In this document: positions 61,342-64,000 of the stretch, piece after piece
How positions within the stretch are numbered: the stretch's first letter is position 1
Layout of the letters: the number at the start of each line of letters is the position of its first letter
NCBI GenBank assembly: GCA_965240465.1
Contig: OZ251219.1
Span: 576,001-640,000, forward strand
DNA length: 64,000 bases
DNA from: a bacterium
GTDB taxonomy: Bacteria > SAR324 > JACQKK01
Direction of reading: 5' to 3'
Notes under the pieces: generated by a model
Told to the model about the DNA's origin: nothing
Databases searched by the model: none
The model's input: the letters and a program-made list of their open reading frames with translations, nothing else
Made by a program: the position numbers and the translations under genes

Positions 61342-61356
61342 GCTTTGGTCCTCCTA

Positions 61357-61512
61357 TCAAATTTCTGATGCCGAAGTTCTAATGTCAAATTTCTGATGCC
61401 GAAGTCCTGATGTCAAAGTCCTGATGCCGAAGTCCTGATGTCAAAGTCCTGATGCCGAAGTTCTAATGTCAAATTTCTGATGCCGAAGTCCTGATGTCAA
61501 AGTCCTGATGCC
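61357..61512. repeat. 14-bp unit (28-bp dimer) tandem repeat, ~11 units
   Basis: TCAAAGTCCTGATG/CCGAAGTCCTGATG alternation. Confidence 0.9.
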
Positions 61513-61530
61513 AAGCATTTAACTCGCCAT

Positions 61531-62331
61531 TCAGGCTAAATGACGAACAACAAAAGGATCAACTTCCTTAGGATAGCACACTGCTAGTAAATGTAGCCCC
61601 CTAGCTGGAGCAGTACTCCCACCCAAATCTCGGCGACCACTAGCTAATGCTTCACTCAATTGCTCAGGAGGCTGCTTGCCTAATCCAATTTCTACCAAGC
61701 TGCCACAGATGATCCTAGCCATGTGTTGCAAAAAACCACTGGCTCTCATTTCAATCCAGTAGATTCCTTCTTCGGCTAGATCAACCTTGTCAATAATGTC
61801 TACGGCGGACATGGTTTTATGAGTAGAAGGCGAAGTACATTTGATAGATCTAAAAGCAGCAAAATCATGCCGACCCAACAACGAGGTGGCTGCTTTCCGC
61901 ATGGCTTCCCAGTCCAAAGGAGGTTGAATCCACCAACAGGATTTTTTTAATGTCGGCGGCCAAGGACGATTGTGAATGCAATAACGATAATGCTTCCCAT
62001 TAGCACTATAACGAGCATGAAAAGCTGGATCAGCTATCATCAGCTGCTTGACAACTAACTGAGATTTCCCCAAGCCGTTAAGTCCCTTGAGTAAGCGTTC
62101 CGCAGATAAAGAAGTACGCAAATCCACATGGGCTACCTGATTATGAGCATGAGTTCCCGAGTCAGTGCGTCCAGAGCCATGTACTCGGACTCTTTCCCGA
62201 GTTAAGAGCCACAGGGATTCTTCCAAGCGACGCTGCACGCTTTCTCCCCGAGGCTGCCATTGCCAGCCTACAAAGGGCTGACCATCATAGGATAAACGCA
62301 TAGCCCAGCGTTTTAATCCAGACGACAACAT
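61531..62331 (-). CDS. truA: tRNA pseudouridine(38-40) synthase
   Basis: SYDG..F.GWQ, GSGRTDSGTHA..Q, FHARYSA, G.HDF.AF, GFL.HM.R, TAPA.GL. Confidence 0.95.
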   Translation of the reverse strand: MLSSGLKRWAMRLSYDGQPFVGWQWQPRGESVQRRLEESLWLLTRERVRVHGSGRTDSGTHAHNQVAHVDLRTSLSAERLLKGLNGLGKSQLVVKQLMIADPAFHARYSANGKHYRYCIHNRPWPPTLKKSCWWIQPPLDWEAMRKAATSLLGRHDFAAFRSIKCTSPSTHKTMSAVDIIDKVDLAEEGIYWIEMRASGFLQHMARIICGSLVEIGLGKQPPEQLSEALASGRRDLGGSTAPARGLHLLAVCYPKEVDPFVVRHLA

Positions 62332-62492
62332 ATCCAGCTCCTAAGCTTATCTAATTCTGGGCGGGGTCGGGTTAATGGACGCAAGTTGATAGACATTAGA
62401 AGATGGGGCTATATCAACCTAAGTGTGTCCGAGGAGAGAAAAACATCAGGATTGTTTTGAATATTTGTTTAGGCACTTGTTTAGGCACTTAT

Positions 62493-62837
62493 TTAGGCAA
62501 TGGAATTAATTTCTCGGGAATTAATTTCTCGTTCAACTGTTTCACGCAAGTTATCGGGCTGATTACCGACCACCATATTAATTTGTTTACCATCCTTGAA
62601 AAGCAAGATGGTGGGAACACTACGTACTCCATAGCGGGTGGCTAGTTCTAGCTGATTGTCTATATCAACTTTAGCTACCTTTAGTTTTCCATCATATTTA
62701 TTGGCAATTTCTTCCAAGACGGGTGCGAGGGCTTTACAAGGGGCACACCATTCCGCCCAGAAATCTACCAGAGTAAAATCTTTGTTAATGGTTTCGTCAA
62801 AATTGCTACTATTCAGGGTGAGGATGGGATTACTCAT
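62493..62837 (-). CDS. trxA: Thioredoxin
   Basis: VDFWAEWCAPCK, YGVRSVPT. Confidence 0.93.
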   Translation of the reverse strand: MSNPILTLNSSNFDETINKDFTLVDFWAEWCAPCKALAPVLEEIANKYDGKLKVAKVDIDNQLELATRYGVRSVPTILLFKDGKQINMVVGNQPDNLRETVEREINSREINSIA

Positions 62838-62978
62838 AGAGGTCTTTATCTTAATGGGGCTAGGGAAATTAACAAGCAAGATTATTTTATAACGGGAGAT
62901 CTCAATGTTAGGATGGTAGCATTTCTGGGATAAAAGCTGGTAAGGAAATATTATTTATTTACGGGAAAAAAGAAGCTA

Positions 62979-64000
62979 ATGGCTTTAATCAATACAGGTG
63001 ATTGGGGATCGGTGGGGCTGGCTGGTTTTGGTAAGGAAGCTAGGGGGTCATTGGATTTTTTGGTTAAAGCGGGGGTGAGGTCATTGCACGTTGTGGATGA
63101 TGGGGAGTTGAAATTAGCGACCAAGACGGATTTACGGGGTCGGGAGCAGGTGCATTTACACGGGGCTGGGGAGTGGGAAGAGTTACGAGGATGTAGTTTG
63201 GTATTGCGTAGTCCGGGATTAAGACCTGATCATCAAGGATTGGAGTGGTTGCGGAAGCAAGGGGTTAGGGTAATTACTGCGGGGGAGTTATTTGTGGAGT
63301 TATTTGATGGAATTGTGGTGGGAGTTACAGGAACGGTGGGCAAGGGGACGACGGTCAGCATGTTGGTATCTGCCATGCGGGCGGCGGGGGTGGATGCGGT
63401 AGGGGCGATGGATTATTCGCCCTTGGTGCTATTACTTTGTCCTCCTGAGTTGGTGGTATTGGAGCAATCCAGTTTTCAGTTGATGGATTGGCAAGGTCGG
63501 GTGGATTTGGCGGTGTTATTGAGGATGGATGAGGATCATTTGGACTGGCATGAGGATTTTAAGGAGTATGTGAATGCGAAGGGGAATTTATTATGCGATG
63601 GCTCGCGGGAGGGTTGGCCTCTGGTGTATCTGGCTGAGGGTCATAGTGATCAATTGGCAAAAAGCCATGTGGGTCTGCGATTAGCAATCAGTTTAAGCCA
63701 GACGATAAAAGAGGGAGTAGGTTTCCGAGGGGGAGCTTGGTGGCGGGTTGGTAGTCAGCCTCGCCCCTTGCCGTGGCTGAAGCAATTACGACTTGAAGGT
63801 GATTTCCATCAGGAAAACGCAGCCGCGGCTTGGCTAGCAGCTGAGTGGCTGCTAGCAGAAAAATTGCCAGCTAAGAAAAAAGAGTACCGCCTCCCCCTGA
63901 TTGAAGAAAGTCTAAAAAGATTTGCAGGTTTGCCGCATCGCTTGCAATGGGTAGGCGATATAAAGCTTGATAAACACGCCACCAGCTTAAAGGTGCGTTG
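62979..64000 (+). CDS. murD: UDP-MurNAc-L-Ala--D-glutamate ligase, partial (runs off the window; absent from the ORF track)
   Basis: Hand translation: MALINTG..GFGKE, RSPG, GVTGTVGKGTT, VLEQSSFQL, DHLDWH, HQENAAAA, FAGLPHRLQ. Confidence 0.85.
   Translation, partial: MALINTGDWGSVGLAGFGKEARGSLDFLVKAGVRSLHVVDDGELKLATKTDLRGREQVHLHGAGEWEELRGCSLVLRSPGLRPDHQGLEWLRKQGVRVITAGELFVELFDGIVVGVTGTVGKGTTVSMLVSAMRAAGVDAVGAMDYSPLVLLLCPPELVVLEQSSFQLMDWQGRVDLAVLLRMDEDHLDWHEDFKEYVNAKGNLLCDGSREGWPLVYLAEGHSDQLAKSHVGLRLAISLSQTIKEGVGFRGGAWWRVGSQPRPLPWLKQLRLEGDFHQENAAAAWLAAEWLLAEKLPAKKKEYRLPLIEESLKRFAGLPHRLQWVGDIKLDKHATSLKVR

Noticed and set aside
62538-62553. Additional parS-like sites (also near 20492)
   Set aside because: Only half-site matches with several mismatches

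Overview
Chromosomal, origin-proximal housekeeping region of a diderm bacterium. The gene set (LPS/LptD, CpoB, CdaA-CdaR, gatC, archaeal-type GlmU) suggests a deltaproteobacterial/SAR324-like lineage; this is inference only. It holds about 55 CDS, including dnaA-dnaN-recF-gyrB, ssb, ruvAC, prfB (+1 frameshift), tilS-ftsH-cdaA-cdaR-rng-rluD, glmU-glmS, lptD and a partial murD, plus tRNA-Gly(CCC) and a perfect parS site. Unusual points: (1) DnaA has a degenerate Walker B and DNA-binding signature, and no DnaA boxes lie next to it; (2) GC skew flips repeatedly over kb-scale patches independent of gene strand; (3) short tandem duplications are very dense, in-frame inside conserved enzymes and of any length between genes, including 800-bp and 370-bp arrays; (4) an orphan phage-type lysis cassette and a ParA/partner pair sit beside the tRNA; (5) several unusual enzymes occur: Ser/Ser DapF, duplicated LpxL-GmhB fusions, a NadD-PncC fusion, a Hom3-like aspartokinase and an MTase-HNH fusion. 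Points 1-3 together are my best candidate for an undescribed system (non-canonical replication/mutagenesis), but the link is a hypothesis. All assignments come from motif recognition by eye; no database searches were run.
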